Source of the DNA: Raja brachyura | Taxonomy: Eukaryota | Direction: 5' to 3' | DNA length: 64,000 nucleotides | Assembly: GCA_963514005.1 (NCBI GenBank) | Contig: OY740797.1 | Coordinates: 24,924,001-24,988,000 of the forward strand | Shown: one piece after another, positions 12,801-24,789 of the stretch | How the letters are laid out: each line of letters starts with the position of its first letter | Numbering within the stretch: the stretch's first letter is position 1 | Position numbers and translations under genes: made by a program | Notes under the pieces: model-generated | Told to the model about the DNA's origin: nothing | What the model saw: only the letters and a program-made list of their open reading frames with translations | Databases searched by the model: none

Positions 12801-15800
12801 TAGACATGATGGGCCGCATTGCCTAATTCTCCTATCCTTATGACCTTAATACCCCTCCCGCTCCCGCCCATGCACAGATCCTCCCAACCCCTCATCTCTG
12901 AAGCCCTCTGGCCCCCACGCCCGACCCTGCTTCCTCACCTCTGCTCGACCCTAACCTCAGCCCTCACCCCTGTCATGTTTTCACCACCCCCTGACCTCCT
13001 TTGCGATACAGAACGGCCAGTTCTCGACAATTAGTGCTACATCCTGCACCCGTGCAGAACTCAACTTCACCACTAATTTCCATCCTGCCCTCAAATTTAC
13101 CTGGACTATCTCTGATACCGCTCCATCCTTCCTTTCTCTCTCTCTCTCCATTCACCCCACCAGCCACCGCAATCCTAAACATCATCTTCGGGTATTTCCG
13201 TCGCCTCCAACCTGATCCCATTATTAATCACATATTTACATGTCCATGCCTTTCCGCCTTTTGCAGACTGTTCCTCCACAACTATTGTTCATTCATCCCT
13301 TTAAACCCAGACCACCCCATCCCGAGGTACGTTTCTCTACAACTGCAGGAGATGTGACACTTGTCCCTGTACCTTCTTCCTCGCCTCCATGCACGGACTC
13401 CGACAATCTTTCCAGCTTGGACAGTAGTTCACATGCACCTTCTCTAATCTTATCTACTGCATCCGATGGTCTGGATGCGGGGTCCTGTGCAATAGTGTGC
13501 AAGCGTGTGGATTCTGCAGCGATTTAGCTGAGCATTCTGTGACCTACTGGATCTCCCAGTATTTTAATTCCCCTTTTCATTCCTACACTGAACTTTCTGT
13601 CCGAGGACCAGCCTTGCACAGAGTGGCGAAAGCAAACTCGACGAACAGCACCTCGTATTTCACTTTACTAGCAGACAACCCAGCGGCATGAACGCTGAAT
13701 TCTCTCATTTTAGTAATGTCCATAAGCACTCACTTCCCTCTCCACTTCCTCGCCCCCCCCCCCCCCCCCCACCCCCGCCCACTCCCATTTGCCCCTTTCT
13801 CCTCTAAATATCGATTTACCAGTCCCAAAATTCGCAACGATGTATCCTTCTTGGGATAACGTCGGACTATCAGGGAACCTCCATGCGTGAGGCCATATCG
13901 TGCTAGTACCGATTTCTCCTATTTTTTTCTTGCCCCCCCCCCCCCCCAACCCCATTATCAGTCTGAAGAAGTGTCCCGACACAAAAAAGTCACCTCTTCA
14001 TTTTCTCCAATGATGCTGCCTGACCCGCGAAGTTACGCCAACATTTTTAAACTCTCTCTGAGAACTAACTTTTTGGCTCTTGCGTTAATTGGGTACAGTT
14101 AGTGGGGAGAAGACGTCTGTAATGATTCACTCCTCGCCAGCGTTAGTAACATTAACATCCCCTTCAAGATTTGGTGAACAGAATATATCCAAATTAATGT
14201 ATTTTGTTCCGCAATTTTCTGTTTCCTAACGGTCAATATCCCACAAGGTTCACTTAAGACCTATTTATTTCATTCGTAATCGCGCCATAAATTGAAATTG
14301 GTGGCTCTTTGCCGCATTCCACGGTTCTGGTAAAATCCATTGAGTGAACATTTGAAATATCTTGCTTTGTTTTCCGCAAAGTCTACTTTGAAATAACTTA
14401 ATTAAATGTAAACATCTGGTCATCGGTTTACCCTCCCACAGCTGTCGAGGGTTTATCTGCTTCTCTAATCGCTGGAAGTATCGGAGGTGCAGTGTTAATT
14501 TTAATGTTCATCGTTATCGTCGTGATGACAATTATATGTAGAGGTATGTTTCTCATCCATTTTTTAATGTTATCATCCCAGTATAATATTATAATATAAT
14601 AATATTGGTAATTACACGATTCTGTTCATAATAAAGGAAATGAAACATTTGCGCGGAAAAAAATATGATTATAATAAACAGCGCCGACATAACGAAGATA
14701 TTAAATTTTGCATGTGATTAATGTTTGATTATCACATATTTTGAATTCTATGTTTTATTTCGACACATCGTCACATAGCAGCCAGCATTTAATTGTACCT
14801 ATTGGTCAAGATCTGAACATCTGTGAATTTTGTGATAAAAATTTGTTTCATTGGTTGAAAAATACAACAGAGAAACAGGCCTTTCAATCGATGGATTCCA
14901 CGCCGGCCATCGATCATCCGTTCACACTAGCTCTACGTTAACCTACTTTCGCATCCACTTAATACACAATGGGGGTAATTTACAGAGCTCAATTAACCCA
15001 CAAATCCTTACATTCTTCGGATGTGGGAGTATACTGGAGCAACGGATGAAACCCACCTGGGCACAGGGAGAACGTGCCTCAAACTCCGCATTTACCTGCT
15101 GCACTACTGTGTCGTCCAACATTTTGCAAAAAGTGTGGCACAAATAACGTGGTTTAAGCCTTCATACATATGTAGTGAAGCCGTATACAGTGAAACTCTA
15201 TCGCGCAATTATCACATGATATTACGTTCTTGGCGTGCTAAAAAACATTATGTCGCACGGCTATTTATCACTATTTTATTTTTCCGAGCAGTTCCAAAGA
15301 AGCGTACAGTAAATACAATTCGGACACAAAGTTGGGTAAGGCTAATTTAATATATGACTATTCCATTTGTGAAAGTAGAGACAGTTTTGTGCCTTTGTTG
15401 AAACCAAGCCGTTTTAATAAGGACCACGTCTTATTCTGATTGAACGTATTCCCAATCAGTGAAGTTCACTGTACACTACATAAAGGAGGACATAGAGAAC
15501 AATACATAATGCATTTACAGGAGTTCGCATTTATTATAGATATCACATATATTGTTTACACCAGGTGTAGTGAAAGGAATATTTGCATTGCACTTTATTG
15601 CTTCTTGTCCAGCCACAGGCGAAGGGAGTAGAGGGAATCCAAGGCTCAACCAGTTGGATCTAAATATAGGTCGGTTGACCACACGTTAGAGGTTGGGAAC
15701 CGAATGGAAAGACTTACTCAAGAGAGAATCTACTGACATTGGGAAAAGAATGGACAAATTAGCGATAGCCAGCACGGCCTAACACGTTTTACTGGTGTAT

Positions 15801-17528
15801 TTGAGTTTTCTGAACAGATGACAAAGAAGATTGATGAAGGCAGGGCAGTAGCTGCTGTAAACACGAATCTAAGGAAAGATTGTGATAACGTCCCTCATGA
15901 TAGGTTGATGCAAAATATCAAGATATACAGGGTCCACTGGAACTTGGTGATATGAATTCAGAACTGGCTTCTTCAGAGCGACAGAGGTTTGTCGAAGAAT
16001 GATCTGCCTGTGGTCTGTGATCAGTGGAATTCCACAGGGACCTCTGTTATTTGTGATATATATAAATGACGTAGACATAAATATAGATGGGTTGTTGAGT
16101 AAATTTGCTGAACAACAGAATAGGAGGAGTTGCAGACAGCGAGGAGGGTTGTAGGAAGATACAGAGGGTTATGGATCATCGACAGAAGTGGGTGGAGAAA
16201 TGGCAGATGGAGCATGATGGAGTATAACCCGGGCAGTCTGAGCTGTTGCACTTTAGGATGGCGCATGCAAGGATAATGTCAAGATGCTAAAGTGAATTGA
16301 TGTGCTGGGAGGTCATGGAGTCCAAGTTCATAGCTCACTGAAGACGGCAGCACGAAGATATAGGCTGGTAAAGATGGCTTATGATATATTTGCCTTCAGT
16401 GCTATGGCATTGAATATAAAAGTCAAGAAATCATGATACAGCTCTATAAGACTATGGTTAAGCCCCATTTGGAGTTTTCCGTGCGGTTTACAGAGCAGAA
16501 AGCCATTACCAGGTGCGCTTCGATTAGACAGGTGCAAGTGAGCGGAGGGGTTATATAAACTTGGATAGTTTTTTTCTGGAAATTCGGAGCATGACGGCAT
16601 AATTGATAAAATAAAAGGCACAGATAGGGTAGACCGTCAGAATATTTTCCACAGAATAGAAATGTCCAATGCTAGAGGGCATTGCTATAAGGTGTGTGGG
16701 AGAATGTTTGATCGAAGTATACGGGGTAAGTTCTTTACGTAGCGATTGTTGTTTGCCTGGAGGGCATTATCAGGTGTGGTGTTGGAGGCAGACACGATAG
16801 TGGCGTTTAACATGCATTTAGATGGACATATGCACAAGGAAAAAAAGGATATGGATCATGTACAGATAGATGAGATCAGTTTAAAATGATATCCGTGTTC
16901 AGCACAAACATTTTGGGCTGAACAGGAAGCCAAGGGCGCGTTCCTATGCTGCACTGTTCTATGTTCCATATTATGTGCAGTTATCATTTTGATCTGTCCA
17001 GTTGCGACTGTTTGCCCCAGAGTCGATTAGACTCTGGAAATTGGTCTTCGTGCGATAAGCCATTCGAGACAAAAGGAAAAACATTTGTCCCTCGTTTATT
17101 CCTGCCAGTGCATTCCACGTGAAAGCTTCATCTGTAGTATAACTAATCTTAAAATAAGTTCATGAATTTCCAGGAAGAAGGTGAGAACGTTAGCCGCAAT
17201 CCGATGTACGCCAATTTGGATCTTGTCCGCTGCAAAGATTATGAAAAACCTGAAGAGCGTGTGGAGAGCCCTATATATGCAAAGGTAAAGTTCATTTCAC
17301 GCTTTTACTCTGCACACCTGTGAATACAGATACGTCTTACTCGGAGAAATTAGTCATTTTCTTCTCCAATTAACAATAGCAAACATTTGTGCACAGATCG
17401 CAATTGTGGCTACTGCTGATAACGAACTGGCAGACGCTTCCTTGAACACGTCAAGCTCGAAGAAGAATTTGGAACGGCAACATAAAGAAATAAGTGTAAT
17501 ATATAGCGGTGTGAAAAATAACAACTAA
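9761..17528 (+). CDS. Gene A: inhibitory-type VJ-C1-TM-ITIM Ig-superfamily receptor (SIRP-like), 7 coding exons, 353 aa
   Basis: join(9761-9815,10109-10420,11343-11648,14442-14543,15292-15335,17174-17284,17397-17528) = 1062 nt. The frame is open, all introns are GT-AG and phases are 1,1,1,1,0,0. It encodes a signal peptide, V domain, C1 domain, uncharged TM and a tail with NPMYANL, PIYAKI and VIYSGV. Confidence 0.85.
10109..10420 (+). CDS. Gene A exon 2, Ig V-set (VJ-type) domain
   Basis: Acceptor ttgacag|, donor G|GTGAGC. Motifs are FTCRC, VFWWK, LHLLNV, DAGTYNC and the J-like KGTGGQLIV (ORF 10090..10440). Confidence 0.92.
11343..11648 (+). CDS. Gene A exon 3, Ig C1-set domain
   Basis: Long polypyrimidine tract + AG, 306 nt, phase 1-1. 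Translation AVPSPLKIVSVRSRNAATHFLKIQCRTAAFYPKEFNLTWHRNG...GLYEVISSL...VYTCKIIHRSMLTPATANYTVPRE shows C-x4-FYP, W and Y-x-C-x3-H. Not in the ORF track. Confidence 0.93.
13030..14050 (+). mobile_element. Degraded Penelope-like retroelement (RT end, GIY-YIG remnant and terminus)
   Basis: atctactgcatccga (IYCIR-like) remnant at about 13452, a pyrimidine-rich tail, and a ctgaagaa... terminus at about 13963. Confidence 0.6.
14442..14543 (+). CDS. Gene A exon 4, transmembrane segment (uncharged)
   Basis: cccacag| AVEGLSASLIAGSIGGAVLILMFIVIVVMTIICR |GTATGT; 102 nt, phase 1-1. Confidence 0.9.
15292..15335 (+). CDS. Gene A exon 5, basic juxtamembrane cytoplasmic exon VPKKRTVNTIRTQSW
   Basis: T-rich tract with tandem GAGCAG acceptor and GTAAGG donor. 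It supplies the phase 1-to-0 bridge that the downstream exons require. Confidence 0.75.
15650..16970 (+). mobile_element. Degraded CR1 LINE 3' half in gene A intron 5
   Basis: RT-like remnants ending in tgttctatgttc. Confidence 0.75.
17174..17284 (+). CDS. Gene A exon 6, cytoplasmic EEGENVSRNPMYANLDLVRCKDYEKPEERVESPIYAK
   Basis: tttccag| ... AAG|GTAAAG, phase 0-0. Homologous to gene C exon 49032-48946. Confidence 0.85.
17397..17528 (+). CDS. Gene A terminal coding exon with ITIM VIYSGV
   Basis: gcacag| IAIVATADNELADASLNTSSSKKNLERQHKEISVIYSGVKNNN*. It aligns with the gene C terminal exon (ENELTYATL...TEYAGI). Confidence 0.8.
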   Translation: MAIVATADNELADASLNTSSSKKNLERQHKEISVIYSGVKNNN

Positions 17529-18872
17529 ATTCGTCGGGCTATATGGAAGTGAATCGAAAATATGTCTGTTAATCTGGAAATGATTTATTCGCTAATTTGA
17601 TTCTAATCATAGTCCTAGAATCATAGTATCATTGTGTCATACAACGTGGAAACAGGCCCTTGGGCCAAACTTCATGCCGTCCAATATGCCTCAATAATCA
17701 CACCTACCCGCGTTTGACCCATATCCCTCTATCCTTCTTGATTGAGGGGGCTCACACAGCATGGCTACCTTATAATTGGTCTAAGACCATCTCATTGTTG
17801 TTACAATTCCATTATTCCCCATTAATTATGTTTACCTTCGAATGAGTGAGTTGGCATTTCAAATTCCATTTATTGCTTTATTAAGCTTGGTGCATGCGGA
17901 TATCCATTGATTATTTTATTTCATACCAAATCATTATTTCAAGATTCCGATTAGTGAATGTTAGTGAATTCGATATAGATGTACATCCATAATCCCTCAA
18001 TCGTATGACTTGCGGTTTTCAAATGTTAATCATTTTTATTTCACTGGATTACTCTCGTCAAACTGCAAGCACATGCAAATTTCGCGCCGTGATATTAGAG
18101 ACCCGCTTATCATCACCCCGTTGGATCCACCAATGAGCTAAGGAATTTTTAGGCACCAGGTGTCCTTAGTTCCCCATTGCAGGACTTTTAGATATCTAAT
18201 TGAATAAGGTGAAATATTCTGGGGCTCAATTCTCTTTGCAACCATTAGGCTTTTTTTATATTTTGCAGGGGTGGGCTTATATATATTTGGCCGTGAACAT
18301 CGTCTCTGTGTGTACATTATTAATGTCTTGGAGTGGAACCAAACTGGCCTGTATTCTCCATTAGAAAGATACTAAAGATTGGGAATCATCGAAAACGCTC
18401 AGCAAACTTGGCAGCATGTGTGGAAAGAGAAAGAGCTTTAATGTTTCACGTCGGGGATTGTTTCATTAGAACTGGAAAAGATAAATGGAAAGATATATTT
18501 CCAAGTTGCAGAACGGTGGCAATCCATCCCTCTTGGAACCTTCTCCGACACTTACACTTACTTACCTTTTTTATCTTTATTTCCCAGTTGCGGCAGAAGC
18601 TCGTGGTTGAAACATAGACCGCGTTTCTTTCCAGGGTTGTTATCCAACCAAATGAATCTTTCCCGTATATTATTTTTGAATTCACATCTTTAACATTTGT
18701 ATATTTGATTTCAAATTTAAGAAAATCTGCATATCAGGCACTATTTTAAATTATAATCATGTTGTTCCTCAGAACAGTGGAATGAATGTTAGAGGTCTGA
18801 CATTTTGGTTTTCTATTTGAATCAAACATTCTGAAATGTGCACCGTGACGTTTAAGCAAATCAAGTTTTCAG

Positions 18873-18878
18873 AATAAA
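18873..18878 (+). promoter_or_regulatory. Candidate polyadenylation signal of gene A
   Basis: AATAAA about 1.35 kb after the stop, near the end of a mostly non-repetitive AT-rich stretch that resembles a 3'UTR. Confidence 0.3.
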
Positions 18879-20859
18879 ATATTTGCTATTCTTTATCGAA
18901 ACCTAATTTTGGAGGACACCTCAGCATTTTCCTTGTCGATTAATCAAAACATATATGTCACAATTATGCAGTGTGATTTGTTCACAAGAGGCATATTCAC
19001 ACCAAGATTATCTATGACGCTGCAAAACACACAACCTCAATGTCCTTACCAATGGAAAAGTATTAGATAACCGAGAGTCATAGATGTACACAACACGAAA
19101 AGACCAATCTAATTGGCATTGACCATCGGCTTCTGTGTCATATTCCTTCACTGAGACGATTTCATTTCCCCCAGTTTCAGGACAAAGACGATCCCCGCGC
19201 ACTCCCCGCCTCAACACACAATCACACAAACACTTTGTACTTCTCGGCCACACGCTGTTAACAAACGAACAAACTTTGAGCCAGTAGACTGGTACATATT
19301 CGCGGATACCGCAGATAATCTGAATGAGTACGACACTCCTGTGACTGGCTTTATCAGCAAGTGCACAGAATATAGTGAGCAGACGAAGACAATCCGAGAG
19401 TTCCCCAACTGGAAACCATGGATGTTTCCTGAATGTTAACGCGAAGTACATTGACAGGACAAGGCCAGGTCAAGTCAAGCTACCCCGAGCAGTACAAGAA
19501 CGCCTGCAAATAATCGCTATCAAAACATGGGGGCCACTCAATTTGGGGGACACACAATTTCTTGGTGGCCTCACACACGCGCATGCGCGCACACGCACAC
19601 ACACACACATACGAGGCTTTGGAGTCTTCAGCCGTGGGCCCTGTGGGCCAAATATATGATCTTTACTGTGGACGGTAACATCGGGAGCTGACTTGGTTGT
19701 TGACCGACTTCAAACTCCAGCAACAGCAGCTTCGTCCGCCCGGAATCGCTGGGCTTGGATCGTCACGTTCGTGGGACCTTTCGTCGCCCGGCGCGTCTGA
19801 AAATCGGCCGGCGGGGGCTTAAACATCGGGTGCCTCGATCGCCTGGCGATGGAAGGCCCTGCCAACGGGCTAATTCAGCCCTTAGAAAGCGTCTGATAAC
19901 CGCTTGAATCTTTCAAAAGCTACAATGGATCACAATGTGATAAATAACACTTAAACAAATAAAGCGGAAGCAAATAAAGGCAAACAGAAGAACCAACTTT
20001 GGAGGGGGAAGAGAGAGAGAGATGGGAATACGATACTAAATAATGTGGGTGACGTGAATGAGGGACTTACCAGCAAGCCAGCCAGGAAACCGGTTCGGCT
20101 GGAGCCCTTAATGGCTTGACCCATTTAAATCCAAAACTCATTTAAATCTTTCCCATTCACCAATACATCCAATTAGTTCAAATGGTAATTGTCCCCGCAT
20201 CAGACACATTTAAGAAATTCTCCGTGAATACTTTCAGTAATACTCAAGGTCAAAACACAATTGGTGACACATCGTGTTAATACGATGTTAATAGAGACTT
20301 TTACCAATCGCTTAATAGTGACACCGCCATTCTCTCGCGGAAAGCGGATTTTTTAATTGATTATTTTTTCACCGAATTTCAAAATCCGAATTACAAACCA
20401 TGGGGGGGGGGGGATTGTCCCCCACCTCTCAAAAATTGGGAGGGACATGCTCCCCACACCCCCACACCCCCCACCGACCATTCGGGGCGCTGTATGATGG
20501 CAGCCTCTGCCTACAGTCGGTCTGTTTTTTTCATCTTTTTGTTATTTTTAGTCTGTTTAACAAACGTATTTTGGAGGCTTCTTAGTCTTTTTATGTGGGG
20601 GAGGTGGGGAGGGCAAGGGGGAAACCGTTTCTCAGCTACTTCCTGGCGAGAATGCAACAAAGAGGAGGATGACTAAACTTTGTTACCTTCCCTCACAGTG
20701 GGAAACGTTGATTCCGCTGTTTGGGGATGATTATGTTAAATGCTGTCGTTGGTTGTCTTCTTTTTTTATTCGGATGGCTGTATGGTAACCCAAATTTCAC
20801 TGTACCAATTGGTGCATGTGACAATAAATGTAAACTTGAACTTAAACGTGATTTCCGCC

Positions 20860-22380
20860 CATGCCTGCTATCATCTCCCGCAAAGCCATCAAGGATGCCA
20901 AGAGGCAAAACCAGGACAAACCTTTATCGTGGTATCATCATTTGGACACACAGATAATGTAGCATGGCCGCAAAGCTAGGTCAGGCAACATCATTGGTGA
21001 TAGTGCGAGCTTACCCAATGAACTGAATGCTTTGTATGCTCGCTTCGAGCAGAACGCCAACAGGGCGGTGACATGTGGCCCTTCAAACTCCAATATACCT
21101 CTTCCCAGGGTGACTGTAGCAGACGTTAGATCAGCCTTCCTGATGGTAATCTCACAAAAAGCAACTGGACCAGAAGGAGTTCCTGGCAGTGTCCTTAGTA
21201 GCTGCGCGGTCCAGCTAGCAGAGCATCATACTCCGTTCTGAAGTACCCATCTGCTTCCAAAAGACCACCTTCATCCCATTGCCGAAGAAAAGCAAGACCT
21301 CATGCCAAAACAACAACCATCCAGTGGCCTTCACATCCACCATCATGAAATGTTTTGAGCGGCTAGATATGGAACACATTAAATCCAATCCACCCAGTGG
21401 CTTTGACCCACTGCAGTTCACCTACCGCCACACCAGGTCCACGGATGATGCCATCGCCCTAGCCCTACACACATCCCTAGAACACTTGGAGAGGAGAGAT
21501 CCCAGATGACACCACCATTGTGGGGTGGGAGATTGCAACCTTCACGTGGTCCGCCGAGTTTCAACGAATGGAATCAAACTGGTGTGCACAATCAAATAAG
21601 ATCTATTAGAACAAGTTGTCCTACAACTTTAGGCTGTGCACGCCATATGCAAGAAGAGTAAGACCACCATTGTGAGCCGGATATTAAATAATGATGAGAC
21701 AGAGTGCAGGAAGGAGGTTGAGAACTTTGTGTCCTGGTGTCGAGAAAATAAGCTTTCTCTCAACATCAGCAAGATAGCGATCGACTTCAGGGAGCAAAGT
21801 GGTAACACATACCCTAGTTTGCACTGAAGGTGCCGAAGTAGAGAAGGTAGAAAACTTTGAATTCCTCGGAGTCAATATCACCAACAACTCCTCCTGGACC
21901 GCCATATTGAAGCAACGAGCAAGAAGGTATACCAACGCTTCTGCTTCCTTAAATGGCTTAGTAAGTATGGCATGTCCCCTACACCGCTCACCAACTTCTA
22001 CAGATGCACCACAGAAAGCATTTTATCAGGATGCATTACAGCTTGATTTGGGAACAGCTCCATGCAGGACCGTAAGAAATTGCAGCGAATTGTGGATGCA
22101 GCCCAGGCCATCACACAAACCAACCCTTCTATTGATTCAATTTATACTTAACGCTGCCTTGGCAAGGCCAGCAGCATAATGAAGGACCACTCGCACCGTG
22201 ACCACCCTCTTCTACCCTCTCCCCTTTCCCATGGGCAAAAGGTGTGAAAACGCACACCACCAGAGTCATGGACATTTTCTTCCCAGCTGTTATCAAGCAA
22301 CTGAATCATCCTACCACAATCAGAGAGCAGTGCTGAACGATCTACCGCTGATGTCTCTTGGACTATCCTTGACCGGACTC
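20860..22380 (+). mobile_element. Rex1/Babar LINE fragment
   Basis: Peptides PVAFTSTIMKCFERL, DPLQFTYR, STDDAIALALH and FEFLGVNITNN. Confidence 0.85.
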
Positions 22381-23225
22381 CGGAGGAGTAAACCGGGTGT
22401 TACTCAAGAAATAAATCAGGAAGGCTACAAGTAGGCATGAAATAACTTTTTGCAGAGAAGATTTGGGAAACTCCAAAAAGATTGTATATGTATATTAATA
22501 GGCTGATTAAAGAGAACAGAAGTCCATTCAAATAACAAATGTTATGTCTATGCTTGGTGCTGCATGAGGTAGGTGAGATGCTCAATTAAAGTTTCTCCTC
22601 TGGGGTGTGGTTAATCTCCTGCCTTTCTTTGAGAAGGGCTACAGAAAGAAAACTTGGGAACTATAGACCAGTAAGCTGGACGTTACGGCAGATGCTATGG
22701 CAGAATACGATTTACAGCATTTACGAAGGTATGCATGCATTATGGATAGTTAGCATGGCTTGTGTGTGGGAGTATGTGTCTCGTGAACCTGGTTGGGGTT
22801 GGTGATTAATTAACGAAGAAGATAGAAGAGAGAAGTTCTACATGGACTTCAGCAAGGCCGTTGACAATGTTCTGCATGGCAGATCACTCTGCAAAGCAAG
22901 ATTGCATGGGATTCAGGGAGAGATAAATAATTAGATAGGCAATACGCCCATAAGAAAATAGCAAGGGCTGATGGTGGAAGAATTTTTCTCGGACTGGAGG
23001 CCTATTGCAAGAGAGGTGTCTCAAGGGTCGGAGCAGGGCACATTTTTTATTTGTTGTCCACTTCATCCACTGGATAATAATGTCTATGGCCTTGTTAGTA
23101 AGTTTGCAGATGTCACGAAATGAGGTGGCATCTTAGCTGGGAGGAAGGTTATCAGGACGAGATCAAGATTTTGGTCAGCTGGGCATGTGGGCCAAGGAAT
23201 ATGCAATGGGGTTTATTTCAGCTGT

Positions 23226-23368
23226 CCACGGGGCGCCGATCCAGCTGCTCTCTGACAAGGTCAGCCAATTCTTCCGTCAACTCTTCAAGGGTTTCGCTAA
23301 ACGCTGGGATTTTCGTCACATTACCAGCAGCCCAGAATACCTGCAGTCCAACGGCCTCGCTGAATGCT
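23226..23368 (+). mobile_element. Gypsy-type integrase core fragment
   Basis: HGAPIQLLSD...FAKRWDFRHITSSPEYLQSNGLAE. Confidence 0.75.
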
Positions 23369-24789
23369 AGGTTAGTTTCGTTATTTTTGTTTGGAGCCTC
23401 TCCCGCCACTTTATTTCTCAATATCATCCTCGCTCCTCCGTCGAGAAAATATCCACTGAACGCACCGGTTCTGACGGAGGAATTAAATAACATATATAGT
23501 GGATATGTCAACATTTTTTGATCTTGGGGTTAGGTGCGGCGGTTTAGTCCATCAAGTCCGAACACACAGATCTGCTTCAGCTGATGTGAAGAAGGGTCTC
23601 GACCCGAAACGTCACCCATTCCTTCTCTCCAGAGATGCTGCCAGACCCACTGAGTTACTCCAGCATTTCGTGTCTATCTCAGCAGGGCACAGTCCCGCGG
23701 TTAACACCACACTCCAGACCTATCTAACCCCTTATTTGTGAAAGTTCCACACATATTTATCGATACGTTTTCCGGCAGTGTGCCCAGGCTACGGACACCA
23801 CACCGAGCCTAAACTAAAACAATCCCAGTACTTCTTGGTGTGTATGCTTTGACCGAGGACACGTGCAATTTGGCTGAGGCACTTCACTGGCCGTGTGTAG
23901 GAAGGAACTGCAGATGCTGGTTTACACCGACGATAGACGCAAACATGCTGGAGTAACTCAGCGGGACAGGCAGCGCCTCTGGAGAGAAGGATTGGGTGAT
24001 GTTTCGGGTCGGGACCCTTCTTCAGACTCCCAGCTCATTCTTCCCTCGTCGATGTGAACTTGTGGGGGTGCGAGGAATCGGGCGTTGCTGGGTACGGGGA
24101 AGAGAGGTTTTACTGCTGAATTATGCGCAACAGAAGCATGAAGTGGGGGTAACGTCCGTTTAAACTATCTCGTCTCCCCCCCCCCCCCCCCCCCCCCCCG
24201 TGTTGGGAGAGAAAGGAGAGAGAGTAGTGCGAACAAACCACGGGAGACTGCATCTTTGGAGGGAAATCATAAAATGTACACGGATGTTTCGGGCCGGGAC
24301 CCTAAAGGTTGACTACCCGTTTCCCAGATGCTGCCTGGCCGTTCGCTTCTTCCTGCAGTTTGCTTTTGTCCCAGACTCCAGCATCTGCAATGTCCTTGGC
24401 CTCCAAAGGGAAAAGTTGCTCGTGAAGCCAAGGTCAATATTGACCCATGCTCACTGCGAAATCAAAGCTGCAGTGCTTTCATATTTAGTTAAACCTGCAC
24501 CTTAAACTCTTACAAACTCTTCAAACTCTTCTTCCGTGGTTGGTGCCGACGGAATTGAAACGATTTTCCAAAGCACTCGATTTGTGCTTCAGATTTAGTC
24601 ATAGCTTCCTCAATTGTATGAACAAAATTATCATTGAGCCCTCAACCTACTCGTTCATCTCGACCAGTTCGCTCTTCACCTCTTCACCACTTCTGACCTC
24701 CCGCCGAGTCCAGGCCCACTCCTCTACCCTTCTTGGTACTTGGTTCTTGGTTACTTAGTCCTCCAAAATATTCCAACTGGAATTTAAAC

